Origin: an archaeon
Lineage (GTDB): Archaea; Nanobdellota; Nanobdellia; Woesearchaeales; UBA9642
Length of the DNA stretch: 64,000 nucleotides
NCBI GenBank assembly: GCA_043806035.1
Contig: JAZDHK010000033.1
Location: 33,003-97,002 of the forward strand
Direction of reading: 5' to 3'
The notes under the pieces were generated by a model. That model had not been told where the DNA came from and did not search any database. It saw nothing but the letters and a program-made list of their open reading frames with translations. Positions 33,233 to 41,872 of this stretch are shown here, piece after piece (position 1 is the first letter of the stretch; the number at the start of each line of letters is the position of its first letter). Position numbers and translations under genes: made by a program.

Positions 33233-34996
33233 TCAGACACCACAGCCTGCGCCTGCAGGCGCTGCTGCATCGCCCGTCAACGTGTTCGCGCAGCCAGCAA
33301 GTCCAGCATTGACTGTGCAGAATCCTTGCTTTATCGTTTCGGCGTCGAGCCCAGAGAATAGTTGTTGATTGTTTGCCATCCATGTCGGGCTTGCCCCTAT
33401 CCTGAGCTGCTGGGCAAGTTTGAGATCTTCACTGAGGAGCTGCTTGCCTTCACTGCCTTCCGAACAGGTCTTGATTGTTGCAGCATCCATGCCATTGTCG
33501 GTTGCGCAGCTTTCCCATGCAGTGCTTTGGATGTTCTGGTTCCTGCACCAGATGTAGTCCATGTACTTGTTGTTGTCCGGATAGTGGTTCATGGCGCACA
33601 ACTCACGGATGTCCTCAGCAACTTCTGCAGGGCCGTGTAGGCTGGCGAAGCTGCCGTCCGCATTTTCGTTGGCGATGTAGTGCAGTTTGAAATTGATGTT
33701 GCCTTGGAAGTTCTGGAGCACTTCTTTCATGCTGTTCATTGCCATTGTGCCGTAAGGGCATTGGCTCATGACAAACAGGTCGAGTTGTTTTGGCTTTGCT
33801 TCTCTGCAGTCCATCGTTTCCTTGCATTGCGGGTCAGCGCAGTCTATGAGGCCGTTGCCTGTGTCGTCGATGCCGTTGGTGCACTTTTCTGCAGTTGGAT
33901 CATAGCTTGATCCGGCTGCGTCGGGAATGATGACATATTTATCGTCAACTTTCTGGAACGCCTGCGCGTACTGTGCATAGTTTGCGTCCTCGGTGAGTTT
34001 TGTGTCATACAAGTATGCGGGAAGCAGGCTAAGCTGGTATTTCTCATAGAGGGACTTGCCTGCTGGCGTGTTGTAGTCTATCTCGGTTATGGTTGTTCCT
34101 CTGAAGATTTGCTGCAATGCCTGCGTGAGCTGCTGCGGGTTGCACTCAGCGCACGTGTTGTCGTTCAGGACGATGAGCTGTGTCTCAACTGGCTGGGGGA
34201 TGTTCTCGCAGCCCTTGCTGTCCGGAATGATATCGCAGATTTTGTATGCAAACTCCTCATAGGGCTGTGCACCGATGAGTAATTGTCCGTTGATGAGGAA
34301 TCCTGGCGTTCCTGAAATGCCTGCCGCCTGGCCTTCTTCGAAATCTTTCCCGACGATAGTCGCTTTTATGCCTGAGTCAAGGCAGGTGTTGAACTGGTCT
34401 GCTTGCATGCCGAGTTCTACTGCATATTCTTTGAGCTTGTCCACTTCTAATGCGGCCTGGTTCTGGAAAAGTATGTCGTGGTATTCAAGGAATTTTCCCT
34501 GGTCACGGGCGCATTCGCTCGCTTCCGCAGCTTTTTGCGCATTGGGGTGGAAACTGAGGGGGTAGTGCTTGTAGATGAGTCTGACGTCATCACCAAAATT
34601 GTCCATGACTTGATTTACCACAGGAGCAGCTCTGCCACTATAGGGGCATTGGAAGTCGCTGTATTCGATAATGGTCACGGGTGCGTTGACGTTGCCCATG
34701 ATGACTCCTTCGGCATTGTCAGGGATGGAGCTGTTAGTTGTGGGGGTTGTCGTCGGTGTCTTGCTGAGCAGCAGGATGGTGACGATGACACCGATGAGCA
34801 GAATGACGCCGATGATGATCCAGGGCAGCGCTTGCATTGGTTGTTTTTGTTTCTTCTGCACGCGATGCTCTTTTTTCTCGATCGCATGTCTCTTTTTTGC
34901 GCGCTTGTGCACCCTGTGCTTTGTCTCGTGTTTTACCAGAACAGGTTCTGGTGTGGTGTTTTCAGAATGTTGTTCAACCTCATCAGGCATGGTCAT
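33233..34996 (-). CDS. membrane-anchored multi-domain DsbA/thioredoxin-like protein, 587 aa
   Basis: Lys-rich N-terminus, TM helix, Thr/Pro linker. Domains with FQCPYSG + GTPGFLING, CAEC, CTNGIDDTGNGLIDCADPQC, and SQCPYGT. Confidence 0.8.
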   Translation of the reverse strand: MTMPDEVEQHSENTTPEPVLVKHETKHRVHKRAKKRHAIEKKEHRVQKKQKQPMQALPWIIIGVILLIGVIVTILLLSKTPTTTPTTNSSIPDNAEGVIMGNVNAPVTIIEYSDFQCPYSGRAAPVVNQVMDNFGDDVRLIYKHYPLSFHPNAQKAAEASECARDQGKFLEYHDILFQNQAALEVDKLKEYAVELGMQADQFNTCLDSGIKATIVGKDFEEGQAAGISGTPGFLINGQLLIGAQPYEEFAYKICDIIPDSKGCENIPQPVETQLIVLNDNTCAECNPQQLTQALQQIFRGTTITEIDYNTPAGKSLYEKYQLSLLPAYLYDTKLTEDANYAQYAQAFQKVDDKYVIIPDAAGSSYDPTAEKCTNGIDDTGNGLIDCADPQCKETMDCREAKPKQLDLFVMSQCPYGTMAMNSMKEVLQNFQGNINFKLHYIANENADGSFASLHGPAEVAEDIRELCAMNHYPDNNKYMDYIWCRNQNIQSTAWESCATDNGMDAATIKTCSEGSEGKQLLSEDLKLAQQLRIGASPTWMANNQQLFSGLDAETIKQGFCTVNAGLAGCANTLTGDAAAPAGAGCGV

Positions 34997-35044
34997 TCAC
35001 CCCGTATTGCGGCTTTTTTGCCACTATTTAAATTTTTGGTATTT

Positions 35045-35053
35045 GCGCTATGC
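35045..35053. repeat. left 9-bp target-site duplication GCGCTATGC
   Basis: An identical 9-mer directly flanks both IS ends. Confidence 0.85.
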
Positions 35054-35073
35054 GGGTGTGGGACAGTAATTGG

Positions 35074-35253
35074 TTAGGTCTTCTGTACGACGTCTTTGGT
35101 GATGATGACATAGACTCTTCTTCCCATGTACCGTCTGGGGACGTCTGCTTTAGCAGATGTCCCGATTGGCGTGACTATTCGTTCTAGGAATCCGTCGATG
35201 TCTTTGTCGTTCAGTGCTAGTTTTCCTTTGTTGAGTTCGATTTTTCTTGCCAT
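35074..35253 (-). CDS. 59-aa IS accessory protein (resembles the archaeal 'putative transposon-encoded protein' DUF2080 family)
   Basis: Hand translation: MARKIELNKGKLALNDKDIDGFLERIVTPIGTSAKADVPRRYMGRRVYVIITKDVVQKT. The x-V-x-P-x-G-x-S-A-x-x-x-V-P-x-x-x-x-G-x-x-V pattern is from memory of that family. Confidence 0.55.
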   Translation of the reverse strand: MARKIELNKGKLALNDKDIDGFLERIVTPIGTSAKADVPRRYMGRRVYVIITKDVVQKT

Positions 35254-35306
35254 ATCAAAGCTATCTATAGATAGCTTTAAATACTTTTCTATTTTGTATA
35301 GCGGAT

Positions 35307-36317
35307 ATGAAGATAACCACGAAGCAAGTGCGACAAGTAGCGACGATGCTTGATGAGATCATCAAGGAATACAAAACAGAAAATCCCAAACAAAAACGCG
35401 ATTGGAGAACCTACGAACAGCAATCCGCTGAACGCCTGAAAACGGCGTTCAGAGAGCTCAAACCAATCATAGACGAAGCGGTAAGCATGATTGCTCTAAC
35501 CAAAGGAATCAAGAGAGGCAACAAGTCATCACTTGACCTACGACAGAAGGTCTTGGTCATTCTGCTTGCCCGGTTGCTTCAGAAAAGCAACCGCAACATG
35601 TCCTCGATGATGATTCTGTTCTCTTGGCTCGCTGATGTCTCTGTTGGTTACAAGACTGTCGAAAGGTTGTATTCTGACGAGAGCGTAGCTCTCGCATTAC
35701 ACAACGTACAGGTGATTTTATTGAGAAGAAAAGGCATAGAGCACGTCGACGGTTCCGGTGACGGAACCGGCCACACGATTACCATCAATATGCATTACGC
35801 TACCGAAGCTCAAAAACGAAAAGACAAAATCAAAGAAAACTCTTCAGAGACGAAGAAGAAAGTTATCTATTCGTTTGCACTGATGGACATCAAGACTCGC
35901 ATGTATGTGGGATATGGCACGAGTTTCATCAGCGAGAACGCAGCATATCTCGACGCGGTCATGATGACGAGAGAACTGAACATATCGCTTGATAGCATAC
36001 GATTGGACAGGTACTACAGCACGCAATCGCGTGCTGAATTCCTGCAGGAAAACTTCCCAGGAATAGCGATGTATCTCATACCAAAAATCAATGCCACCAT
36101 AAAGGGTTCCTGGTCCTGGAAACGAATGCTTCACACACTTGTTCAAGACCCCAAATCCTACTTGAAAGAATACTTTCACAGGAACCAATCAGAAAGTGGG
36201 TTCGCTGAGGACAAAAAGCGAACCGGATGGAAACTGGGACAGAAAAGACCAGAACGAATAGCCACAGCAGGGTTCTGCAACCTGCTCTGGCACAACCTTC
36301 ACTGGCTCAACGACTAA
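35307..36317 (+). CDS. DDE transposase
   Basis: Y-x2-R-x3-E-x6-K signature (YFHRNQSESGFAEDKK) typical of IS4/IS5 families. Confidence 0.85.
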   Translation: MKITTKQVRQVATMLDEIIKEYKTENPKQKRDWRTYEQQSAERLKTAFRELKPIIDEAVSMIALTKGIKRGNKSSLDLRQKVLVILLARLLQKSNRNMSSMMILFSWLADVSVGYKTVERLYSDESVALALHNVQVILLRRKGIEHVDGSGDGTGHTITINMHYATEAQKRKDKIKENSSETKKKVIYSFALMDIKTRMYVGYGTSFISENAAYLDAVMMTRELNISLDSIRLDRYYSTQSRAEFLQENFPGIAMYLIPKINATIKGSWSWKRMLHTLVQDPKSYLKEYFHRNQSESGFAEDKKRTGWKLGQKRPERIATAGFCNLLWHNLHWLND

Positions 36318-36332
36318 TTCTGTCCCACACCC

Positions 36333-36341
36333 GCGCTATGC
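36333..36341. repeat. right 9-bp target-site duplication GCGCTATGC
   Basis: See the left copy. Confidence 0.85.
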
Positions 36342-36358
36342 GCTAACTATATATAGAT

Positions 36359-36547
36359 GTGGTCTATGTGACGTGCATGGATCAGCATGCTGTTTTGCGC
36401 CGCTGGATAGGCATAGTGACGCTTGTCGTTGTCATAACGAACGTGTTGTTGTTCTCTTTCCGCATCGTTTCAGCGCTGACGTTCTGGATAGTCATAGGAT
36501 TGGCGGCGATCATTGCCTGGCCCGTGCTCAATCGTTTGAAGAAATGA
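36359..36547 (+). CDS. small two-TM membrane protein, hypothetical
   Basis: ORF with two hydrophobic helices. A CTATATATAG box lies upstream. The start is uncertain. Confidence 0.4.
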   Translation: MVYVTCMDQHAVLRRWIGIVTLVVVITNVLLFSFRIVSALTFWIVIGLAAIIAWPVLNRLKK

Positions 36548-38485
36548 TCATTTTTTTCCCTGCTCAACAAGGAATACGTGGCTCTCGCCAGGCTCGAGAA
36601 TGATGCTGAGCTGCGTGCCGATGCGGTCATACGTTGTCCCCGAGAGGAGGTCTTTGAGCGTGTAATGCCTGTTGAAGTCATACCCCTCGAGGTTGAGATG
36701 CAGCTTCGTGTGCAGGCTGCTGTTGAAGTCCAAATTTATGATGGTAAGCACGGTTTCTCTTTTCTTTCCCTGATAGTCTCTAAAGAAGCTGAACGCTCGC
36801 GCTTCCCACGTGACTCCTTGATCGCTGTTGACGAACGTGTACGTTCCCTTCTGCAGGGCAATGCGTTCGTGCCGTATCTTGTTTATCTTTGCGATGTAGT
36901 CGGTGATGTTCTTCTTGCTCTTCCAGTTAATGGCAGAATAGCTGCGCAGGCTGACCTGCTCGTGCTCGACGACCTCGTAGCCGTTGTGCAGCAACGGTAT
37001 GCCTGGGAGGAGCGCTGAAAGTACCCATCTGCTCTTGTTGAGCTGCATGTCACTGTTCTCCTTTTCGAGATTGCTGAATTTTTTTGGCAGCCGCAGGAAG
37101 TCATGGCATTCGGGATAGAGCAGCCAGGCGCTGTTCTCAGGGAAGAAATGCCCGGAGATGTTGTAGATGTAGTCGAGATACCCTTTCAGTTGGGGGACGC
37201 TGTATATCTTTGCGGAATAATCGCCATTGAGACAGGTCATGCCGCAGGCCTGCAGGTCCTCGACATCATTCACGTACGTTTCGCCGATGAACATGATCTC
37301 GGACGAGAGCGGGGCGTATCGCTGTCTGGCACACACGTGCCGTGCGTAGTGTCTTGTTTCCTGAATGAGCTCTTTCCAAAATGCTAATGGAATGGCATAG
37401 GCCACATCGAGCCTGAAACCATCGACACCGTACTGCGTAATCCAGTACTTGAACAAATCCTTGAAATAGTTCTTCATGTCGTTGATTGTAGGATTTTTCG
37501 GTGCAGAGTTTGGAGAAGAAGGGTAGCGGTAGTTCCAGTTCAGCCAGGCGCAGTCGCTCCAGAATACGTCGTGGTCGTACGGGCTGAAGACGTGCTCTGG
37601 CCGCCCCCAAACCTCTCGCTTCGGATCGTCTTCAGGATAGATGTACGGATCGTTCAGGGAGAGAGGATGTCTCTTGTACAAATACCATTCAGGATGCAGC
37701 CGTTGGAGGACGCTGTCCTTGCTCGTGTGGTGAATGACCATGTCGATGATGACCCTGATCTTGTTCTCATGGCAAGTCTTGACGAACTTCTTGAACTCCT
37801 TATACTGGTCCGTTTGTTCTGATTCGCTCCAACCGAGTTCGGGATCGATGCTCTTGTAGTCCTGGATAGAATAGATGCTACCTGGATGCATGTGTACGGG
37901 CAGGACGTTGGGTTCTTTGACGTAATGCTCCTTGAGCCATTCGTCGTACTTGTACATCTCTCCCGACTTCTGGATGGGATTAAGGTAGAGTGCAGTTATC
38001 CCTAACTTTTTGAAGTGCGGCATGGCCTTGATGAGGTCTCTGAACGTGCCCCCTTCTCCTGGTTCGATGATGCCGTCCTGGTTCTTGTCTTGTGCCCCGA
38101 ATTGTCGGACGAATGCGTTGTAGATGATCAGGTCCTTGCTGTATGCGGGCTCGACATGGAAGTCTACGGGCGGTTGCATGTGCCAGCTCTTCTCGTCGGA
38201 AAAACGATACCTGATGCTGAACGTATAGCATCCTGCCAATGACGGCGTGAGCGTTCTTTCGAAGACGGAGATGTTGTTCTCTTTCTTTGCCAAGTGTAGC
38301 GTTGCGGCGAAGAAGTGTTTGTTGTGCTCAACATATTCTTTGCAGTGCACATTCGTCCAGATTTCGACAATGAGCTGCTCTGGTGCATTAGCTATCTTTG
38401 CAGAAAACGTGAAGGGGTCACCTGACAGAACTTTCATCAACGCAGCAGGATAGCTCGTAATCTCCAACGACTCACCTCTCTGCAA
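36548..38485 (-). CDS. GH13 alpha-amylase family glycoside hydrolase
   Basis: Conserved regions I DMVIHHTS, II GFRLDVAYAI, III FIGETY, IV YPECHD. Confidence 0.88.
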   Translation of the reverse strand: MQRGESLEITSYPAALMKVLSGDPFTFSAKIANAPEQLIVEIWTNVHCKEYVEHNKHFFAATLHLAKKENNISVFERTLTPSLAGCYTFSIRYRFSDEKSWHMQPPVDFHVEPAYSKDLIIYNAFVRQFGAQDKNQDGIIEPGEGGTFRDLIKAMPHFKKLGITALYLNPIQKSGEMYKYDEWLKEHYVKEPNVLPVHMHPGSIYSIQDYKSIDPELGWSESEQTDQYKEFKKFVKTCHENKIRVIIDMVIHHTSKDSVLQRLHPEWYLYKRHPLSLNDPYIYPEDDPKREVWGRPEHVFSPYDHDVFWSDCAWLNWNYRYPSSPNSAPKNPTINDMKNYFKDLFKYWITQYGVDGFRLDVAYAIPLAFWKELIQETRHYARHVCARQRYAPLSSEIMFIGETYVNDVEDLQACGMTCLNGDYSAKIYSVPQLKGYLDYIYNISGHFFPENSAWLLYPECHDFLRLPKKFSNLEKENSDMQLNKSRWVLSALLPGIPLLHNGYEVVEHEQVSLRSYSAINWKSKKNITDYIAKINKIRHERIALQKGTYTFVNSDQGVTWEARAFSFFRDYQGKKRETVLTIINLDFNSSLHTKLHLNLEGYDFNRHYTLKDLLSGTTYDRIGTQLSIILEPGESHVFLVEQGKK

Positions 38486-38562
38486 TGGCTATCGAGAAAC
38501 TTCTTTAAATAGTTGTTGGAGAATGTACGCCTGCCCGGGCAGATTCTTTTGTTGTGCAATTG

Positions 38563-41079
38563 CTAGCTGCACTCGCTATACCCGCAATCAAAGCATGTTG
38601 GTTTGGTGCAGCCACTCTGCACGGTGACGTTGGGGCTGAAGCATTTGGGGCAGTAGAGGTTGTCCTCCTCGTCTTTTTTCTTCTCGACGAGCTTTTGCTG
38701 TCCGAGCGCGCTCTGCCCGTTCAGATCAATGAGCTTGCCGGTCTTGATTAGATGGTCGCGTAATGCTTTCGACAGTCCGTGCGCGATGCTGTCGACGCGA
38801 TTAGGTCCCATGCCGTACGGCTTGTCTCCCTTGATGCTGTTCAAGTGCCGAAGGATCTCACGGGCGTCCCCTCCGCACTCCAAGTACTTGGAGATCATGA
38901 TGCCAAGAGCGGTGGTCATGCCGGAAATTTCAGTCCCTGATGGAGAAATGTTCGCAAAGAGTTTCGTCGGCCCTTGCTCGTCATAGTTAATGTGGATGTG
39001 CAGCGATCCCTGCCCGGTGTTTATCTTGTAGTACATGCTCAACTCACCAAGACCCGTGCTTTTTCTTCGTTGTGGCTTCTCTTCTTTCTTTTCCTCTTTC
39101 TTAACTATGTTGAGCACTTGGAATTGCTTGCTGCCATCCCGATAAATGGTGACTCCTTTTGCGCCCCACTCATATGCTTTCCAGTACACGTCCTCCACGT
39201 CCTTGACGGTCGCTTCATTCCTCAGATTGACTGTTTTTGAGACGGCGTTGTTTGTGTGCTTCTGGAATGCGACTTGCACAGCGACATGCTCTAGTGGCTC
39301 GAGGTCGTGACTTGTCAGGAAGAGCCGCTGGATCGCCTCAGGGATTTCCTTCAAACCAAGGAGCGACTTGTGGTTGGCATCGACTTTCTTGAACAGTTCC
39401 TGCTCGGGAAGGCCGAAGTAGCCGTGCTTCTCGGCGATTTCCTTGAACAGTGGATTCACTTCATAAAAGACATCCTTCTCATCGGGCGTCTTGCCTGTCT
39501 TCAACGCATCCAATCCTGCAGCGTTGTATCTCGTGTAGACGATGGCAAAGAATGGCTCGATGCCGGCCCCCTGCAGCCCTGCCGTTATGCCTATGGTCCC
39601 CGTCGGTGCAATGGTGGTCCGTGTGCTGTGCCTGAGCAGGGCGTCTTTGCCGCGATAGTGCGTGCTTTCCTTGTCGTACGTGCTACCGACAAAATTGGGG
39701 AAAGGACCGCGTTCAAGGGCGAGCTCGCAGCTGTACTCGAGTGCGGTATCGTCGATGAACTGCATGACTTCCTCTGCCTTCTTGAGCGCAGCAGTGCTGT
39801 TGTACGGCAGACCGAGCAGCACGAGGCTTTCCGCCCAGCCCATCACGCCCAGCCCTATCCTGCGGTTGCCTTTGGCCAACTCTTCGATGCGCGGCAGAGG
39901 GTAATTGTTCACGTCAATGACATTGTCTAAGAAATGTACGCTCAATTTTACAGTTTTGCCGAGCCGTTCATAATCAAAGTTCTTGCCGTCTTTCCTCACG
40001 AACTTGCTGAGATTGATGCTGCCCAGATTGCAGGGCTCGTATGGCAGCAAAGGTTGTTCGCCGCAGGGATTCGTTGATTCTATGCTACCGAGTGCTGGAG
40101 TCGGGTTGCTGTCGCTGTTGTTTATCCTGTCGATAATGATGATGCCAGGATCTCCCGTCTCCCACGCAGACTTCACCATGAGATCGAAGACCTCTTTTGC
40201 ATTGAGCTGCCCACTCACTTCGTTCGTGTGCGGGTTGATTAAGTCGTATTTCTCGTTCCTTTTGACTTTCTGCATGAAATTGTCGTCTATGGCGACGGAG
40301 ACGTTGAAGTTTTCCATCATGCCGGGCGTCTTCTTCATGGTGATGAATTTGAGAATGTCCGGATGGTCGTAGCGCAGGATGCCCATGTTCGCCCCCCGCC
40401 TCGTGCCCCCCTGCTTGACGACGTCGGTGCTTTTGTCGAAAATCTGCATGAAACTAATGGGTCCTGAAGAGACGCCTTTTGTTGACTTGACTTCATCATG
40501 TTCTGGCCGGAGATTGCTGAAACTGAACCCGGTGCCTCCACCTGACTTGTGGATGATGGCCATGTGCAAAACTGAGGTATAGATACCTTCAATGCTGTCA
40601 GGTACGGGCAAGACGTAGCAGGCGCTGAGCTGCTGCAATGCCCTTCCTGCATTCATGAGCGTTGGGGAGTTTGGCAAAAATTCGAAATTGCTCAGAATCT
40701 TGTAGAATGCATCCCTCGTCTTTCCCATTGCTTCTTCGATCGTGTCGTCTTTTGCAGCGACTGCGGCCAAGTTGGTGAGGTAGTGCTTGAAGTTTCTGTC
40801 CCGTTCGTTGTGCTCGTTGCTATCTACATGTAGGAGGTGATATGTCCAGGTCCTTCCTCGCACGTTGTACGTCACTGGTTTGTGACGGACATTCTTGAAC
40901 AAGTCGTCCTCTCTCGTGTTGGGATGGTGCAGGACGTCTCCTAAAGCTATGTTTGTTGCCACGAGCTCAAACCACGCTTCAGGGGAAGGAGAATCTTTTA
41001 GATACTTGTCCTTGATGACCTTGCTCTGGTTTTCTGTCAGTGCAATGTGGGGCAGATTCTTTCTCAATAGGTCATGCAT
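38563..41079 (-). CDS. nrdJ: class II (adenosylcobalamin-dependent) ribonucleotide reductase
   Basis: TNPCGEQPLLPYEPCNLGSINL active-site block. C-terminal Cys4 tail CPKC...CFDCGYSEC. Confidence 0.92.
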   Translation of the reverse strand: MHDLLRKNLPHIALTENQSKVIKDKYLKDSPSPEAWFELVATNIALGDVLHHPNTREDDLFKNVRHKPVTYNVRGRTWTYHLLHVDSNEHNERDRNFKHYLTNLAAVAAKDDTIEEAMGKTRDAFYKILSNFEFLPNSPTLMNAGRALQQLSACYVLPVPDSIEGIYTSVLHMAIIHKSGGGTGFSFSNLRPEHDEVKSTKGVSSGPISFMQIFDKSTDVVKQGGTRRGANMGILRYDHPDILKFITMKKTPGMMENFNVSVAIDDNFMQKVKRNEKYDLINPHTNEVSGQLNAKEVFDLMVKSAWETGDPGIIIIDRINNSDSNPTPALGSIESTNPCGEQPLLPYEPCNLGSINLSKFVRKDGKNFDYERLGKTVKLSVHFLDNVIDVNNYPLPRIEELAKGNRRIGLGVMGWAESLVLLGLPYNSTAALKKAEEVMQFIDDTALEYSCELALERGPFPNFVGSTYDKESTHYRGKDALLRHSTRTTIAPTGTIGITAGLQGAGIEPFFAIVYTRYNAAGLDALKTGKTPDEKDVFYEVNPLFKEIAEKHGYFGLPEQELFKKVDANHKSLLGLKEIPEAIQRLFLTSHDLEPLEHVAVQVAFQKHTNNAVSKTVNLRNEATVKDVEDVYWKAYEWGAKGVTIYRDGSKQFQVLNIVKKEEKKEEKPQRRKSTGLGELSMYYKINTGQGSLHIHINYDEQGPTKLFANISPSGTEISGMTTALGIMISKYLECGGDAREILRHLNSIKGDKPYGMGPNRVDSIAHGLSKALRDHLIKTGKLIDLNGQSALGQQKLVEKKKDEEDNLYCPKCFSPNVTVQSGCTKPTCFDCGYSECS

Positions 41080-41082
41080 GGG

Positions 41083-41544
41083 TCATCCCCTCTTTTCTTC
41101 CTTCAAGAGTTTTATTTCTTGTTCGAATGTTTTCAAGTCGGCAAAGTCTTTGTAGACGCTAGCGAATCTGATGTATGCGACAGCATCAAGGTTCCTGAGT
41201 TTTTTCATCACCAGCTCGCCTATGTGTTGGCTGCTGATCTCGATACTGTTCTGCCTGCGTAATGTCCGTTCGATATCGTCTACTGCTTTCTCGATCCGTT
41301 CCTTGTCTACGGGACGTTTCTGGCAGGCTTTGAGCAGGCCCATGAGCATTTTGTTCCTGTCGAATTTTTCTTTCGAACCATCTTTTTTGATAACGCTTAA
41401 TTCTATCTCTTCGATGCGCTCAAAGGTGGTGAAGCGCTTTTCGCACTTGAGGCATTCTCTTCTGCGCTTGAGCACGTCCGCCTCATCGTTGTCGCGGGAT
41501 TCCAGAACTTTTGTCTCTGCATGAGCGCAATACGGACATTTCAT
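41083..41544 (-). CDS. nrdR: transcriptional repressor NrdR
   Basis: MKCPYCAHAETKVLESR...CLKCEKRFTTFE zinc ribbon plus ATP-cone. Start at MKCPYC. 3-nt gap to nrdJ. Confidence 0.92.
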   Translation of the reverse strand: MKCPYCAHAETKVLESRDNDEADVLKRRRECLKCEKRFTTFERIEEIELSVIKKDGSKEKFDRNKMLMGLLKACQKRPVDKERIEKAVDDIERTLRRQNSIEISSQHIGELVMKKLRNLDAVAYIRFASVYKDFADLKTFEQEIKLLKEEKRG

Positions 41545-41576
41545 AACCCACCTTGTCACTGTGCAAGAGCAAAAAA

Positions 41577-41592
41577 ACACTGTATTTAGTGT
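41577..41592. promoter_or_regulatory. NrdR box 1 (ACACTGTATTTAGTGT)
   Basis: 16-bp palindrome matching the acaCwAtATaTwGtgt consensus, 33 nt upstream of the nrdR ATG. Confidence 0.8.
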
Positions 41593-41607
41593 TTTTTTGC
41601 TCAAAAA

Positions 41608-41623
41608 ACACTACATCTAGCGT
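41608..41623. promoter_or_regulatory. NrdR box 2 (ACACTACATCTAGCGT)
   Basis: Second box, offset by 31 nt (three helical turns) from box 1. It lies 17 nt downstream of the TTTAAATA box (41640-41647, minus strand). Confidence 0.75.
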
Positions 41624-41872
41624 TCTCTGCAGTAAGTCATATTTAAAGATTGTTGTGGTGCAAAACGTGCAAAGCAGTGCGTATGAAGCAGCAGTTATGT
41701 ACTAATACATAGGTGCTAGTCGGTCTGTTCTTACCTTGCTGGGATTTCAGGAGAACTGCCAGGGGGTAGCTCAAAGAGAAATGCCTGGCAGCTTGCATCC
41801 TTGCTAGAAGTAAGCTTTAAATACGACCCACACATTTCATTCTTAACAATCGTTAATTGAAGGAGAGCGTCA

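Larger units (their letters stand above)
35054..36332 (+). mobile_element. intact IS element (IS4/IS5-superfamily DDE transposase), 1279 bp
   Basis: Terminal inverted repeats GGGTGTGGGACAG (13/13, extending to AATT with one indel), a 9-bp TSD, and two divergent ORFs. Confidence 0.88.

Noticed and set aside
41756-41791. Hairpin CTGCCAGG-20 nt-CCTGGCAG upstream of sufB as a riboswitch or regulatory element
   Set aside because: It is a single 8-bp stem with a large loop located upstream of the suf TATA box. No recognisable riboswitch motif and no supporting context.
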